A stretch of 64,000 bases of DNA from Eledone cirrhosa (taxonomy: Eukaryota). The translations under genes and the position numbers were made by a program. Shown here one piece after another: positions 1 through 14,571 of this stretch. The notes beneath the pieces are model-generated. The model did no database searches, was not told the origin of the DNA, and worked only from the letters and a program-made list of their open reading frames with translations. The stretch covers positions 103,292,001-103,356,000 of the forward strand of contig OZ024740.1 of assembly GCA_964016885.1 (NCBI GenBank). The letters are read 5' to 3'. The first letter of the stretch is position 1, and every line of letters begins with the position of its first letter.

Positions 1-3000
1 ACTTACATAACATTATTGTTACAATAGCTGTAGTACACTTACATAACATTATTGTTACACTAGCTGTAGTACACTTACATAACATTATTGTTACAATAGC
101 TGTAGTATACTTACATAACATTATTGTTACAATAGCTGTAGTACACTTACATAACATTATTGTTACACTAGCTGTAGTACACTTACATAACATTATTGTT
201 ACAATAGCTGTAGTACACTTACATAACATTATAGCTACTACTGTTGTAGTACACTTACATAACATTATTGTTACACTAGCTGTAGTACACTTACATAACA
301 TTGTTGTTACAATAGCTGTAGTACACTTACATAACATTATTGTTACACTAGCTGTAGTACACTTACATAACATTATTGTTACAATAGCTGTAGTACACTT
401 ACATAACATTATTGTTACACTAGCTGTAGTACACTTACATAACATTATTGTTACAATAGCTGTAGTATACTTACATAACATTATTGTTACAATAGCTGTA
501 GTACACTTACATAACATTATAGCTACTACTGTTGTTGTACACTTACATAACATTATTGTTACAATAGCTGTAGTACACTTACATAACATTATTGTTACAA
601 TAGCTGTAGTACACTTACATAACATTATAGCTACTACTGTTGTTGTACACTTACATAACATTATTGTTACAATAGCTGTAGTACACTTACATAACATTAT
701 AGCTACTACTGTTGTTGTACACTTACATAACATTATTGTTACAATAGCTGTAGTACACTTACATAACATTATTGTTACACTAGCTGTAGTACACTTACAT
801 AACATTATTGTTACACTAGCTGTAGTACACTTACATAACATTATAGTTACACTAGCTGTAGTACACTTACATAACATTATTGTTACAATAGCTGTAGTAC
901 ACTTACATAACATTATAGCTACTACTGTTGTTGTACACTTACATAACATTATTGTTACAATAGCTGTAGTACACTTACATAACATTATTGTTACAATAGC
1001 TGTAGTACACTTACATAACATTATAGCTACTACTGTTGTTGTACACTTACATAACATTATTGTTACAATAGCTGTAGTACACTTACATAACATTATTGTT
1101 ACACTAGCTGTAGTACACTTACATAACATTATTGTTACAATAGCTGTAGTACACTTACATAACATTATAGCTACTACTGTTGTTGTACACTTACATAACA
1201 TTATTGTTACAATAGCTGTAGTACACTTACATAACGTTATTGTTACACTAGCTGTAGTACACTTACATAACATTATTGTTACAATAGCTGTAGTACGCTT
1301 ACATAACATTATAGCTACTACTGTTGTTGTACACTTACATAACATTATTGTTACACTAGCTGTAGTACACTTACATAACATTATTGTTACAATAGCTGTA
1401 GTACAGTTACATAACATTATTGTTACTACTGATGTTGTACACTTACATAAAATTATTGTTACAATAGCTGTAGTACACTTACATAACATTATTGTTACAA
1501 TAGCTGTAGTACACTTACATAACATTATTGTTACTACTGATGTTGTACACTTACATAAAATTATTGTTACAATAGCTGTAGTACACTTACATAACATTAT
1601 AGCTACTACTGTTGTTGTACACTTACATAACATTATTGTTACAATAGCTGTAGTACACTTACATAACATTATTACAATTACTGTTGTAGTACACTTACAT
1701 AACATTATTGTTACACTAGCTGTAGTACACTTACATAACATTATTGTTACAATAGCTGTAGTACACTTACATAACATTATTGTTACAATAGCTGTAGTAC
1801 ACTTACATAACATTATAGCTACTACTGTTGTTGTACACTTACATAACATTATTGTTACAATAGCTGTAGTACACTTACATAACATTATAGCTACTACTGT
1901 TGTTGTACACTTACATAACATTATTGTTACACTAGCTGTAGTACACTTACATAACATTATTGTTACAATAGCTGTAGTACACTTACATAACATTATTGTT
2001 ACAATAGCTGTAGTACACTTACATAACATTATTGTTACAATAGCTGTAGTACACTTACATAACATTGTTGTTACTACTGATGTTGTACACTTACATAACA
2101 TTATTGTTACTACTGATGTTGTACACTTACATAACATTATAGCTACTACTGTTGTAGTACACTTACATAACATTATAGCTACTACTGTTGCTGTACACTT
2201 ACATAACATTATTGTTACTACTGATGTTGTACACTTACATAACATTATTGTTACACTAGCTGTAGTACACTTACATAACATTATTGTTACAATAGCTGTA
2301 GTACACTTACATAACATTATAGATACTACTGTTGTTGTACACTTACATAACATTATTGTTACAATAGCTGCAGTACACTTACATAACATTATTGTTACAC
2401 TAGCTGTAGTACACTTACATAACATTATTGTTACAATAGCTGTAGTACACTTACATAACATTATTGTTACAATAGCTGTAGTACACTTACATAACATTAT
2501 TGTTACACTAGCTGTAGTACACTTACATAACATTATTGTTACAATAGCTGTAGTACACTTACATAACATTATTGTTACACTAGCTGTAGTACACTTACAT
2601 AACATTATTGTTACAATAGCTGTAGTACACTTACATAACATTATAGCTACTACTGTTGTTGTACACTTACATAACATTATTGTTACACTAGCTGTAGTAC
2701 ACTTACATAACATTATTGTTACAATAGCTGTAGTACACTTACATAACATTATTGTTACAATAGCTGTAGTACACTTACATAACATTATTGTTACAATAGC
2801 TGTAGTACACTTACATAACATTATTGTTACACTAGCTGTAGTACACTTACATAACATTATTGTTACAATAGCTGTAGTACACTTACATAACATTATAGCT
2901 ACTACTGTTGTTGTACACTTACATAACATTATTGTTACAATAGCTGTAGTACACTTACATAACATTATAGCTACTACTGTTGTTGTACACTTACATAACA

Positions 3001-6000
3001 TTATTGTTACAATAGCTGTAGTACACTTACATAACATTATTGTTACACTAGCTGTAGTACACTTACATAACATTATTGTTACAATAGCTGTAGTACACTT
3101 ACATAACATTATAGTTACACTAGCTGTAGTACACTTACATAACATTATTGTTACAATAGCTGTAGTACACTTACATAACATTATAGCTACTACTGTTGTT
3201 GGACACTTACATAACATTATTGTTACAATAGCTGTAGTACACTTACATAACATTATTGTTACAATAGCTGTAGTACACTTACATAACATTATAGCTACTA
3301 CTGTTGTTGTACACTTACATAACATTATTGTTACAATAGCTGTAGTACACTTACATAACATTATTGTTACACTAGCTGTAGTACACTTACATAACATTAT
3401 TGTTACAATAGCTGTAGTACACTTACATAACATTATAGCTACTACTGTTGTTGTACACTTACATAACATTATTGTTACAATAGCTGTAGTACACTTACAT
3501 AACGTTATTGTTACACTAGCTGTAGTACACTTACATAACATTATTGTTACAATAGCTGTAGTACGCTTACATAACATTATAGCTACTACTGTTGTTGTAC
3601 ACTTACATAACATTATTGTTACACTAGCTGTAGTACACTTACATAACATTATTGTTACAATAGCTGTAGTACAGTTACATAACATTATTGTTACTACTGA
3701 TGTTGTACACTTACATAAAATTATTGTTACAATAGCTGTAGTACACTTACATAACATTATTGTTACAATAGCTGTAGTACACTTACATAACATTATTGTT
3801 ACTACTGATGTTGTACACTTACATAAAATTATTGTTACAATAGCTGTAGTACACTTACATAACATTATAGCTACTACTGTTGTTGTACACTTACATAACA
3901 TTATTGTTACAATAGCTGTAGTACACTTACATAACATTATTACAATTACTGTTGTAGTACACTTACATAACATTATTGTTACACTAGCTATTGTACACTT
4001 ACATAACATTATTGTTACAATAGCTGTAGTACACTTACATAACATTATTGTTACAATAGCTGTAGTACACTTACATAACATTATAGCTACTACTGTTGTT
4101 GTACACTTACATAACATTATTGTTACTACTGATGTTGTACACTTACATAACATTATTGTTACTACTGATGTTGTGCACTTACATAACATTATTGTTACTA
4201 CTGATGCTGTACACTTACATAACATTATTGTTACTACTGATGCTGTACACTTACATAACATTATTGTTACACTAGCTGTAGTACACTTACATAACATTAT
4301 TGTTACACTAGCTGTAGTACACTTACATAACATTATTGTTACAATAGCTGTAGTACACTTACAAAACATTATTGTTACAATAGCTGTAGTACACTTACAT
4401 AACATTATTGTTACAATAGCTGTAGTACACTTACATAACATTATTGTTACACTAGCTGTAGTACACTTACATAACATTATTGTTACACTAGCTGTAGTAC
4501 ACTTACATAACATTATTGTTACACTAGCTGTAGTACACTTACATAACATTATTGTTACAATAGCTGTAGTACACTTACATAACATTGTTGTTACTACTGA
4601 TGTTGTACACTTACATAACATTATTGTTACTACTGATGTTGTACACTTACATAACATTATAGCTACTACTGTTGTAGTACACTTACATAACATTATAGCT
4701 ACTACTGTTGCTGTACACTTACATAACATTATTGTTACTACTGATGTTGTACACTTACATAACATTATTGTTACACTAGCTGTAGTACACTTACATAACA
4801 TTATTGTTACAATAGCTGTAGTACACTTACATAACATTATAGATACTACTGTTGTTGTACACTTACATAACATTATTGTTACAAGAGCTGCAGTACACTT
4901 ACATAACATTATTGTTACACTAGCTGTAGTACACTTACATAACATTATTGTTACAATAGCTGTAGTACACTTACATAACATTATTGTTACAATAGCTGTA
5001 GTACACTTACATAACATTATTGTTACACTAGCTGTAGTACACTTACATAACATTATTGTTACAATAGCTGTAGTACACTTACATAACATTATAGCTACTA
5101 CTGTTGTTGTACACTTACATAACATTATTGTTACAATAGCTGTAGTACACTTACATAACATTATTGTTACACTAGCTGTAGTACACTTACATAACATTAT
5201 TGTTACAATAGCTGTAGTACACTTACATAACATTATAGCTACTACTGTTGTTGTACACTTACATAACATTATTGTTACAATAGCTGTAGTACACTTACAT
5301 AACGTTATTGTTACACTAGCTGTAGTACACTTACATAACATTATTGTTACAATAGCTGTAGTACGCTTACATAACATTATAGCTACTACTGTTGTTGTAC
5401 ACTTACATAACATTATTGTTACACTAGCTGTAGTACACTTACATAACATTATTGTTACAATAGCTGTAGTACACTTACATAACATTATTGTTACTACTGA
5501 TGTTGTACACTTACATAAAATTATTGTTACAATAGCTGTAGTACACTTACATAACATTATTGTTACAATAGCTGTAGTACACTTACATAACATTATTGTT
5601 ACTACTGATGTTGTACACTTACATAAAATTATTGTTACAATAGCTGTAGTACACTTACATAACATTATAGCTACTACTTTTGTTGTACACTTACATAACA
5701 TTATTGTTACAATAGCTGTAGTACACTTACATAACATTATTACAATTACTGTTGTAGTACACTTACATAACATTATTGTTACACTAGCTGTAGTACACTT
5801 ACATAACTTTATTGTTACAATAGCTGTAGTACACTTACATAACATTATTGTTACACTAGCTGTAGTACACTTACATAACATTATTGTTACAATAGCTGTA
5901 GTACACTTACATAACATTATAGCTACTACTGTTGTTGTACACTTACATAACATTATTGTTACACTAGCTGTAGTACACTTACATAACATTATTGTTACAA

Positions 6001-6886
6001 TAGCTGTAGTACACTTACATAACATTATAGCTACTACTGTTGTTGTACACTTACATAACATTATTGTTACACTAGCTGTAGTACACTTACATAACATTAT
6101 TGTTACAATAGCTGTAGTACACTTACATAACATTATTGTTACAATAGCTGTAGTACACTTACATAACATTATTGTTACAATAGCTGTAGTACACTTACAT
6201 AACATTATTGTTACTACTGATGTTGTACACTTACATAACATTATTGTTACTACTGATGTTGTACACTTACATAACATTATAGCTACTACTGTTGTAGTAC
6301 ACTTACATAACATTATAGCTACTACTGTTGCTGTACACTTACATAACATTATTGTTACTACTGATGTTGTACACTTACATAACATTATTGTTACAATAGC
6401 TGCAGTACACTTACATAACATTATTGTTACACCCGCCAAGGTTAATTTTGCCTTTCATCCTTACGGGGTCGATAAAATAAAGTACCAGTAATACACTGGG
6501 TAATTGCTGGCCTTGTGCCAAAAGTAGAAACAATTATTGTTACACTAGCTGTAGTACACTTACATAACATTATTGTATCAATAGTTGTAGTACACTTACA
6601 TAACATTATTGTTACAATAGCTGTAGTACACTTACATAACGTTATTGTTACACTAGCTGTAGTACACTTACATAACATTATTGTTACACTAGCTGTAGTA
6701 CACTTACGTAACATTATTGTTACAATAGCTGTAGTACACTTACATAACATTATTGTTACAATAGCTGTAGTACACTTACATAACATTATTGTTACAATAG
6801 CTGTAGTACACTTACATAACATTATCGTTACAATAGCTGTAGTACACTTACGTAACATTATAGCTACTACTATTGTTGTACACTAA
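1..6886. repeat. 36-bp tandem satellite (consensus ACTTACATAACATTATTGTTACA[A/C]TAGCTGTAGTAC), about 188 copies, in the ZMYND10 intron after exon 6, interrupted by a SINE fragment at 6432-6538
   Basis: Register repeats every 180 nt (5 units) with no visible indel from 1 to 6432; about 10 more units at 6533-6886; array runs off the left edge. Confidence 0.98.
6432..6538 (+). mobile_element. 5'-truncated copy of the Meta/OK-like SINE inserted into the satellite
   Basis: Matches the 3' half of the copies at 8918 and 23873 (GCCTTTCATCCTTACGGGGTCGATAAAATAAAGTACCAG...GTAGAAACAATTATT); flanked by duplicated ATTATTGTTACAC. Confidence 0.9.
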
Positions 6887-6990
6887 CATGACAAATCGAA
6901 TCAGGGAATGAGTATTGGCACCTCTTTCCCTTCTTACTTCTTCTATATGAACCCATTACCAAATTATATTGAGATGTTAACCAAACTTAC

Positions 6991-7079
6991 CCATCTACAT
7001 TATCTGTCACATAACGCATTATTGACATGGCTTTCACAGAAATATCAAAATTTAGTTTTTCAGCTTGTTTCTCTAAATC
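6991..7079 (-). CDS. ZMYND10: ZMYND10 coding exon 6 (DLEKQAEKLNFDISVKAMSIMRYVTDNVD)
   Basis: 89 nt, TTTCAG acceptor, GTAAGT donor, phase 0 in; resembles recalled vertebrate [29 protein letters not shown]. Confidence 0.93.
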
Positions 7080-7127
7080 CTGAAAACAGAAGGAAACAAT
7101 AAAAGGATCTATTGATGTCAACAGAAT

Positions 7128-8103
7128 AAAATATAGGGTCTTGGGAATAGTGGTGACACTGCCTGAAATATAGGGTCTTGGGAATAATGGCATCACTGCC
7201 TGTCTTGTGGATAGTGGTGTCACTGTCTGAAATATAGGGTCTTGGGAATAGTGGTGACACTGCCTGAAATATAGGGTCTTGGTAATAGTGGCATCACTGC
7301 TTGAAATATAGGGTCTTGGGAATAGTGGTGACACTGCCTGAAATATAGGGTCTTGGGAATAGTGTTATCACTGCCTGAAATATAGGGTCTTGGGAATAGT
7401 GGCATCACTGCCTGTCTTGTGGATAGTGGTGTCACTGCCTGAAATATAGGGACTTGTGGATAGTGGTGACACTGCCTGAAATATAGGGTCTTGGGAATAG
7501 TGGCATCACTGCCTGTCTTGGGAATAGTGGTGTCACTGCCTGAAATATAGGGTCTTGTGGATAGTGGTGTCACTGTCTGAAATATAGGGTCTTGGGAATA
7601 GTGGCATCACTGTCTGAAATATAGGATCTTGGGAATAGTGGTGACACTGCCTGAAATATAGGGTCTTGGGAATAGTGTTATCACTGCCTGAAATATAGGG
7701 TCTTGGGAATAGTGGTGACACTGCCTGAAATATAGGGTCTTGGGAATAGTGGTATCACTGTCTGAAATATAGGGTCTTGTGGATAGTGGTGTCACTGTCT
7801 GAAATATAGGGTCTTGGGAATAGTGGTGTCACTGCCTGAAATATAGGGTCTTATGAATAGTGGTGTCACTGCCTGAAATATAGGGCCTTGTGGATAGTGG
7901 TGTCACTGCCTGAAATATAGGGTCTTGGGAATAGTGGCATCACTGCCTGAAATATAGGGTCTTGGGAATAGTGGTGTCACTGCCTGAAATATAGGGTCTT
8001 GGGAATAGTGGCATCACTGCCTGAAATATAGAGTCTTGGGAATAATGATGTCACTGTCTGAATTATAGGGTCTTGTGGATAGTGAATTATAGGGTCTTGT
8101 GGA
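7128..8103. repeat. 37-bp minisatellite (GTCTTGGGAATAGTGGTGTCACTGCCTGAAATATAGG) with some 27-bp deletion units, about 27 copies
   Basis: Direct tandem repetition in ZMYND10 intron 5, starting about 45 nt from the exon 6 acceptor. Confidence 0.95.
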
Positions 8104-8405
8104 CAAAAGCACTAATGAAGTTGTCAGATTATTTATTGACTTGACTGACAATCCCCACATATATTTAGGGATAACTTGATGTCACATCTTGAAATATAAT
8201 TTCAAGGGGTAACTGTTGATGAAAACACCTGAAATATTGGATTTCAGGGATATATATTTGAATATTTATTTTACCAATATTGGCATGGTTTGGACTCTAG
8301 TTATATGGAAATAGTGAAACTGGGGAAATATATTATTCTTGTCTGATCTGGGGGGAGGAGGACACCATAAACTACAATTCATATATACACACATTACAAC
8401 CTTAC

Positions 8406-8469
8406 CTGCATACTGCTGCAGCCTGGCTCACTCACAAAGTCTTTGATATCTTCAAACTTCTCCTTTGAT
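8406..8469 (-). CDS. ZMYND10: ZMYND10 coding exon 5 (SKEKFEDIKDFVSEPGCSSMQ)
   Basis: 64 nt, TTTACAG acceptor, GTAAGG donor; phase 2 in and phase 0 out fit both neighbours; ends in MQ as in the recalled vertebrate protein. Confidence 0.85.
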
Positions 8470-8917
8470 CTGTAAACAAAGTCAGAGTTCTCCACATTAA
8501 AACCAACTTTATACATATAGTTGGCATCAAATGACCACATAATCTCCAAAAACAATAGCAACAATTTCAAATGTGTGCATCCCAATGCAGATAACCATAA
8601 TAATAATATTTGATCACTAAAAATAACAGATGAGAAAATCAGGTAAAGTACCCCTAGTGATGGAAAAAAAGTGGACAGAAAGGTCCTGCATCTAAGAGAT
8701 GTCATGTCTTTGAAACAACTGAAGGGTCCTCCCAATTCTTTGTTGGCAAAGTTTCTATGGTTGGATTGTCCTTCCTATCACCAATCACTTAACAACATGT
8801 AGTGGATGCGTTTATTGTGCCTCACAGGCCTCTCTGTTCACATTTTTTCCATCTCCAGGGGTAGTTTTCCTGATTTTCCCAACTGTTGTTTATAGTTATC
8901 AACTATTATTATTACAA

Positions 8918-9098
8918 TTGGCAGTATCGGTAGAGGATCGGACGCCATGCTTTCCAGCATAGTTACGTCCCTTTATGATCTGAGTTCAAATCCCGCCGAG
9001 GTTGACTTTGCCTTTCATCCTTACGGGGTCAATAAAATAAAGTACCAGTAATGCACTGGGTGATTGCTGGCCTTGTTCCTAAAGTAGAAACAATTATT
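8918..9098 (+). mobile_element. tRNA-derived Meta/OK-like SINE
   Basis: A-box-like TGGCAGTATCGG, B-box GAGTTCAAATCC, conserved GCCTTTCATCC..GGGGTC.ATAAAAT domain, ATT tail, TSD ATTATTACAATT. Confidence 0.9.
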
Positions 9099-10360
9099 AC
9101 AATTAGGAGGATCTTTCAGTTGTGTGAACAACATAACTATCTTCCTAGTGTAGGTGATCTACACAAGAACCACATCCACTACATGGTGTAAGGTGTTTGG
9201 TGATAGGAAGGGCATCCAACCATAGAAACCTTGTCAACAAAGCATTGGGAGGACCCTTCAGTTGTATCAAAGACATGACAATCTTGCAGTGCTGAGTGCA
9301 TGATAAAATGAGCTTAGTTGAGTGTGGGACCTTATATAAGTGAGAACGCAGGCACTTGGCCTGTCTGGGATGTCAGAAGACGCGCTTCAGTACTGACACA
9401 GTATGTGAAGACCTGTTCAACCCTTGCCACCATGGAAAGTGGCTGTTAAATAATGATGATGATTATGATGATGGTCATTTGCATTAGGACACATACATTT
9501 CATATTTTCAAAGTGTTTCTCAAGTCAACCATTGTAACAACAATAACAAACAGATCTATTCTGTGTAGTTACTGCCTATCAAGTATCAAGCTTGCTTCAA
9601 CTGTATTATAGATTTTGCCTATATACTGTCATTGAGTGTTTCTCTATAACTACATTATAAGACTCAGTATCCAGCTAATATTTGTTTTTGTTTTTTAGGG
9701 GAGGAGAGAGACTATAGAGAAAGAGGTGGTAGCCATGACCTACATAGGCCCTCTGTCTATACACAAATATTACAGTGTGATCAAAGATATATCTACACTG
9801 GATTATTGAGTACATGCAAATCTTAACATATCAAAGGTATAATACAGAATATTGCATATGACCTATTGGTACATACACAAGATCTATAACACTTATAATA
9901 TTTAAATAACCATCACTACAAACTACATCGTTGATGGTCTTATTTCTTATATGATAATCCAAGAAACTCAAGATTTAGAAAACTAAAAAGAATAATGTTA
10001 TGCATTGAAGCTTTTATCTAACTGTGGTATGCAAAACATAAGGTAAACTATTTTGTTATAGATTATCTCCCTTTGTCCTGTAAGCATTCTCATTGGCTAT
10101 TTTACCCTAAATGATCTATCCTACCAACCCACTAATGTAGTCCATTAATGATCCACCATACAAACCAACCAATACAATCTTCATGTAATCCTTTTTACCA
10201 ACTTAATTATGCTGCCCGTGGATGATCCATTCCACCAAGACATACCAACATACCAATATAGTCTATCAATGAACCATCATACTGACACATACCAGCCTTC
10301 AAACATTATCAGTACACATGTAACCTACAATAGCAAACTATAAATGCCAACTTATACCTA

Positions 10361-10495
<135 letters not shown>

Positions 10496-11039
10496 CTATA
10501 TGGAATTGTAGAGGGGAAATATAGAGATTAAGTGCCTTGCTCAAGAACACAATACACCACCAGGAATCAAACAGTAAACCTTACAATTGTAAGATGAACC
10601 CCATAACCACTAAGCCAATACATATTCACTAGCACACATAGTGCAAATATACTAATCTAACAAACAAACTAGTATCAACAGTCTCCATTACATTTCTCTT
10701 AAACAGTAGTGTGCTCTTTTTCTTTCTAGAAGTGTCTACTTTAATCTTATTAACAAATTACAGTATGTCCTATTACCTAGAAAGACACCCTCTCCCACCC
10801 TGCCAACTATTGTGCTATTGCATTCACTTCCAACATTTTACAACTCCCACTACCAAATTCACACCTCAATTACACACTCTTTGCCCAACCATGCCAGCAT
10901 GGAAAGCTGTTCGTGCCCCACAATACTGCTAAATTTTACTCATTACTCTTAAGACAACCCTTCCCTACATAGGCTAGTAACAGACAGCCTACACTCTTCT
11001 CTCATGCCCTCATTCCCTATCACAGTTCTTCCAGCCTGA

Positions 11040-11417
11040 CCAAAGATACAAAGTGCCTTAGTGTGGTTGTGTTGGTCCCACAATAAAATGTTCTCAGTCC
11101 ACACTGTAAAATTGTAGTAGTGGTCCCACAGTAAAATGTGCTCAGCCCACACTGTAAAGTGGTAGTGCTGGTACTATGTAAAAAGCAAATAGTCCATCCT
11201 GTCATGTGGTTGTGGTTGTGCCATGAAAAAACGAACCCAGTACACACCATGAAGTGGTTGGCAGTAGGAAGGCTATAAAGCCAGTAAGACCAAGCCATGG
11301 AGTGTATGAGCAAGATACAGTCTTCTAAGCTGTCTAACTCTTCAAAACGTGGCAGCCCATCTAACACATGTAAGCTTAGAAAAGAGACGTAAAACAATGA
11401 TGATGATGATGATGATG
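11040..11417 (+). mobile_element. Degenerate SINE/LINE-3'UTR-related element with about 5 internal ~46-bp tandem units and (ATG)n tail
   Basis: Repeated CAGTCCACACTGTAAA..GTGGT units, GGTTGGCAGTAGGAAGG motif, terminal GACGTAAAACAATGATGATG. Confidence 0.7.
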
Positions 11418-11732
11418 AATAGGATCATAAACAATCACTTTTGTTAATACATGATATGTGTACTGATAATCACTCTCCAACATCATGCACCAGAACTTTA
11501 GTGTAAGCTCATAACATGGTGTTTGGCAGAAAAAACCTCCCAGTTAAGTTGCCTGACTATGGGTTTCATCTGTCTCTCTTTGCTTGAATCAGAATTTTTC
11601 TTTCACATGACTTCCTTGCAGCATGTACTGATAGGGTACTCTCTTATTCTCTCTATCAACTCTGGACTACCTCAGATTTTGATTATGTCTTAGTTGATAT
11701 CAATTCTAGCAACATGAAATCTATAGCAAATA

Positions 11733-11918
11733 ATTGTTTCTACTTTAGGCACAAGGCCAGCAATTATCCAGTGCATTACTGGTACTTTATTTTATCGACC
11801 CCGTAAGGATGAAAGGCAAAGTCAACCTCGGCGGGATTTGAACTCAGATCGTAAAGGGACGTAACTATGCTGGAAAGCATGGCGTCCGACCCTCTACCGA
11901 TACTGCCAATCCACCGCC
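11733..11918 (-). mobile_element. Meta/OK-like SINE, full length
   Basis: Near-identical reverse complement of the copies at 8918 and 23873. Confidence 0.92.
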
Positions 11919-12131
11919 GACTTATCATTCTTCCTTTGTTAAGTTATGTTCCAAACACCAGTTTAACAATGAGAAAGTTAGTTATATTACTAAATTCTTG
12001 ATTATTTTCAAAATGATTTGAAAATCATCGTCAATGGATTTCATGAGAAATGTGGTAACAAATGGTTGATATTTTAATTATAAAATGGTTTTAGTATGAA
12101 ATGTGAGAATATATGGGGAAGTTATGCGCAC

Positions 12132-12245
12132 TGCAATGTATAATGGAAAAGTGGTCTCTGGTTCAAAATCCATGTCCAACAGCTGGGAGAATATTTTTTC
12201 TTTCCAAACATCTGATACCAAAAGGTCTGTGATGAGAACTGGGAA
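12132..12245 (-). CDS. ZMYND10: ZMYND10 coding exon 3 (FPVLITDLLVSDVWKEKIFSQLLDMDFEPETTFPLYIA)
   Basis: 114 nt, CAG acceptor, GTGCGC donor, phase 0/0; WK.K.F and TFP.Y motifs. Confidence 0.93.
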
Positions 12246-13216
12246 CTGTTGAAAGCAAAAAATCATGTTTGTTATTTATGAAATATATATAGACAATATA
12301 ACAGAATTGTTCATGTAACAGATAGTGAGATACAGTGTAATAGAAGCTGTACATATAATGGATTTTAGCCCAGCACTGAAATAAATACAGTGTCTGTTAA
12401 CGATTCAAGTGACGGTTTGAGTCTTTTTACTAGTAATATCAAGTGGAACAGTGATAGTGTTTCTCCCATAGACACATCATAATATAATGGATATGTTAAC
12501 TGCTGATTTCTTTCTTCACTATTATTTGCTAGTCTAAAGAAGATGGGTTGTAACTCTGAACATTTCACAATCACCCACAAAGAAAAGTCATAATCACTGG
12601 ATAAGGTTGGTATCATTATTATTCAGTTTAACATATTGTCTTGGTTGTAGGGACTTCTGGATAGGAAGGAAATTCTAATAAATGACAATTTAAAGGAAGA
12701 AGTTTTAACTTGCTCCCAAAATAGCTAGATGATAAAAACGGCATCTATGACATCTTATAAATTTTTGCAGGGAGAAACCGAGAGGGTCTCTATGGGTCAG
12801 AACTAGAAGAACAAGGAAGTGCTTTAATGGAAGGAAATAAATCTCAGTTGGGAATAGGTGGACATATATGATGTGAGAAAGGAAATTATATACCATGAAT
12901 GAAATTTCCACAATTGATTGAGAACTATTGTGGAAATTTAGAAAACTCAGCAAATATAATGCTTTCTGATAACCCAATCAGTAGCTTCAGTTTAAGGACG
13001 AGCTCAATATAATGACCTTTATTGAAAGATGGATTAACATAACCTTAAAATCTAACATTTGTACTTATCAGTGACACCATAAATGAGAGTTGTTGCCCTT
13101 AGTTTACAAATGAATGTTCTTAGTTGTATTGAAATGTAATTAAAAATGCCTCACTTCTAAAGTTAAAAAATAAATGATAACATTAAAAACTCATCTCAAA
13201 CATGAGTATTATAATA

Positions 13217-13568
13217 TCATCATCATCATCATCATCATCATCATTTTACGTCCGCTTTTCCCTGCTTGCAGGGGTGGGACGGGAACTGATTCTGGCTTGA
13301 TTTCTACAGCTGGATGCCCTTCCTAACACCAACCTCATTTACAGTGAGTGCTGGGTGCTTTTTTGCCGTGGCACCTCCACGACCACTTTGCAGTGGAATG
13401 ATATGGACCCTAGTCCCTATCATCTCATTTCTACAGCTGAGTAAACTGGAGCAATGTGAAATAAAGTGTCTTGCTCAAGGAAACAACACATCACCCGGTC
13501 TGAGAATTGAACTCACAACCTTTCGATTGCAAGGCCAATGCTCTAACCACTAAGCCATGTGCCTCCAT
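13217..13568 (-). mobile_element. tRNA-derived CORE-SINE (OR-like) with RTE-derived tail
   Basis: Head GGAGGCACATGGCTTAGTGGTTAG, B-box GAGTTCAATTC, CORE-like CCTTGAGCAAGACACTT...CTCAGCTGTAGAAATG, (ATG)n tail. Confidence 0.92.
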
Positions 13569-13682
13569 AATATATATATATATATTATGCAGAAAAAATG
13601 ATATTTTTTTTTTTTGCTTGCTATGTACTTAGTCTTAATTGTAATATATTTAGTGTTGTACCTGAATAATATTTTGAATAAT

Positions 13683-13872
13683 AATTGTTTCTACTTTTGG
13701 CACAAGGCCAGCAATTATCCCAGTGTATTACTGGTAGTTTATTTTATCAACCCCATAAGGATGAAAGGCAAAGTTAACCTCGGTGGGATTTGAACTCAGA
13801 CAATAAAGGGTTGTAACTCTTTGCTTGCAAAGCATGGCGTCTGACCCTCTACCGATACTGCCAATCCACCGC
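13683..13872 (-). mobile_element. Meta/OK-like SINE (variant subfamily)
   Basis: Same domain structure as 11733; TSD TTTGAATAATAAT. Confidence 0.9.
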
Positions 13873-13981
13873 TCTTTGAATAATAATGGCCGGCAAAATA
13901 AGGACTTTATCCTTTATAAAGCAAATTTGAGCTGTTTCATGGTATAATATGGTTGGAATATTTTTTTATTTTAATCCATAT

Positions 13982-14554
<573 letters not shown>

Positions 14555-14571
14555 CACATATACATATATAG

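Noticed and set aside
4173-6491. 772-aa ORF as a real gene
   Set aside because: Pure translation of the 36-bp satellite, GTG start, ends inside a SINE, antisense in a ZMYND10 intron; kept only as a low-confidence finding
7128-8103. ORFs across the 37-bp minisatellite
   Set aside because: Unit length is not a multiple of three, frames break regularly, and the region is intronic
13314-13553. Recurrent 79-aa ORF MPFLTPTSFTV... as a multigene family
   Set aside because: Antisense frame of young CORE-SINE copies; recurrence reflects SINE identity
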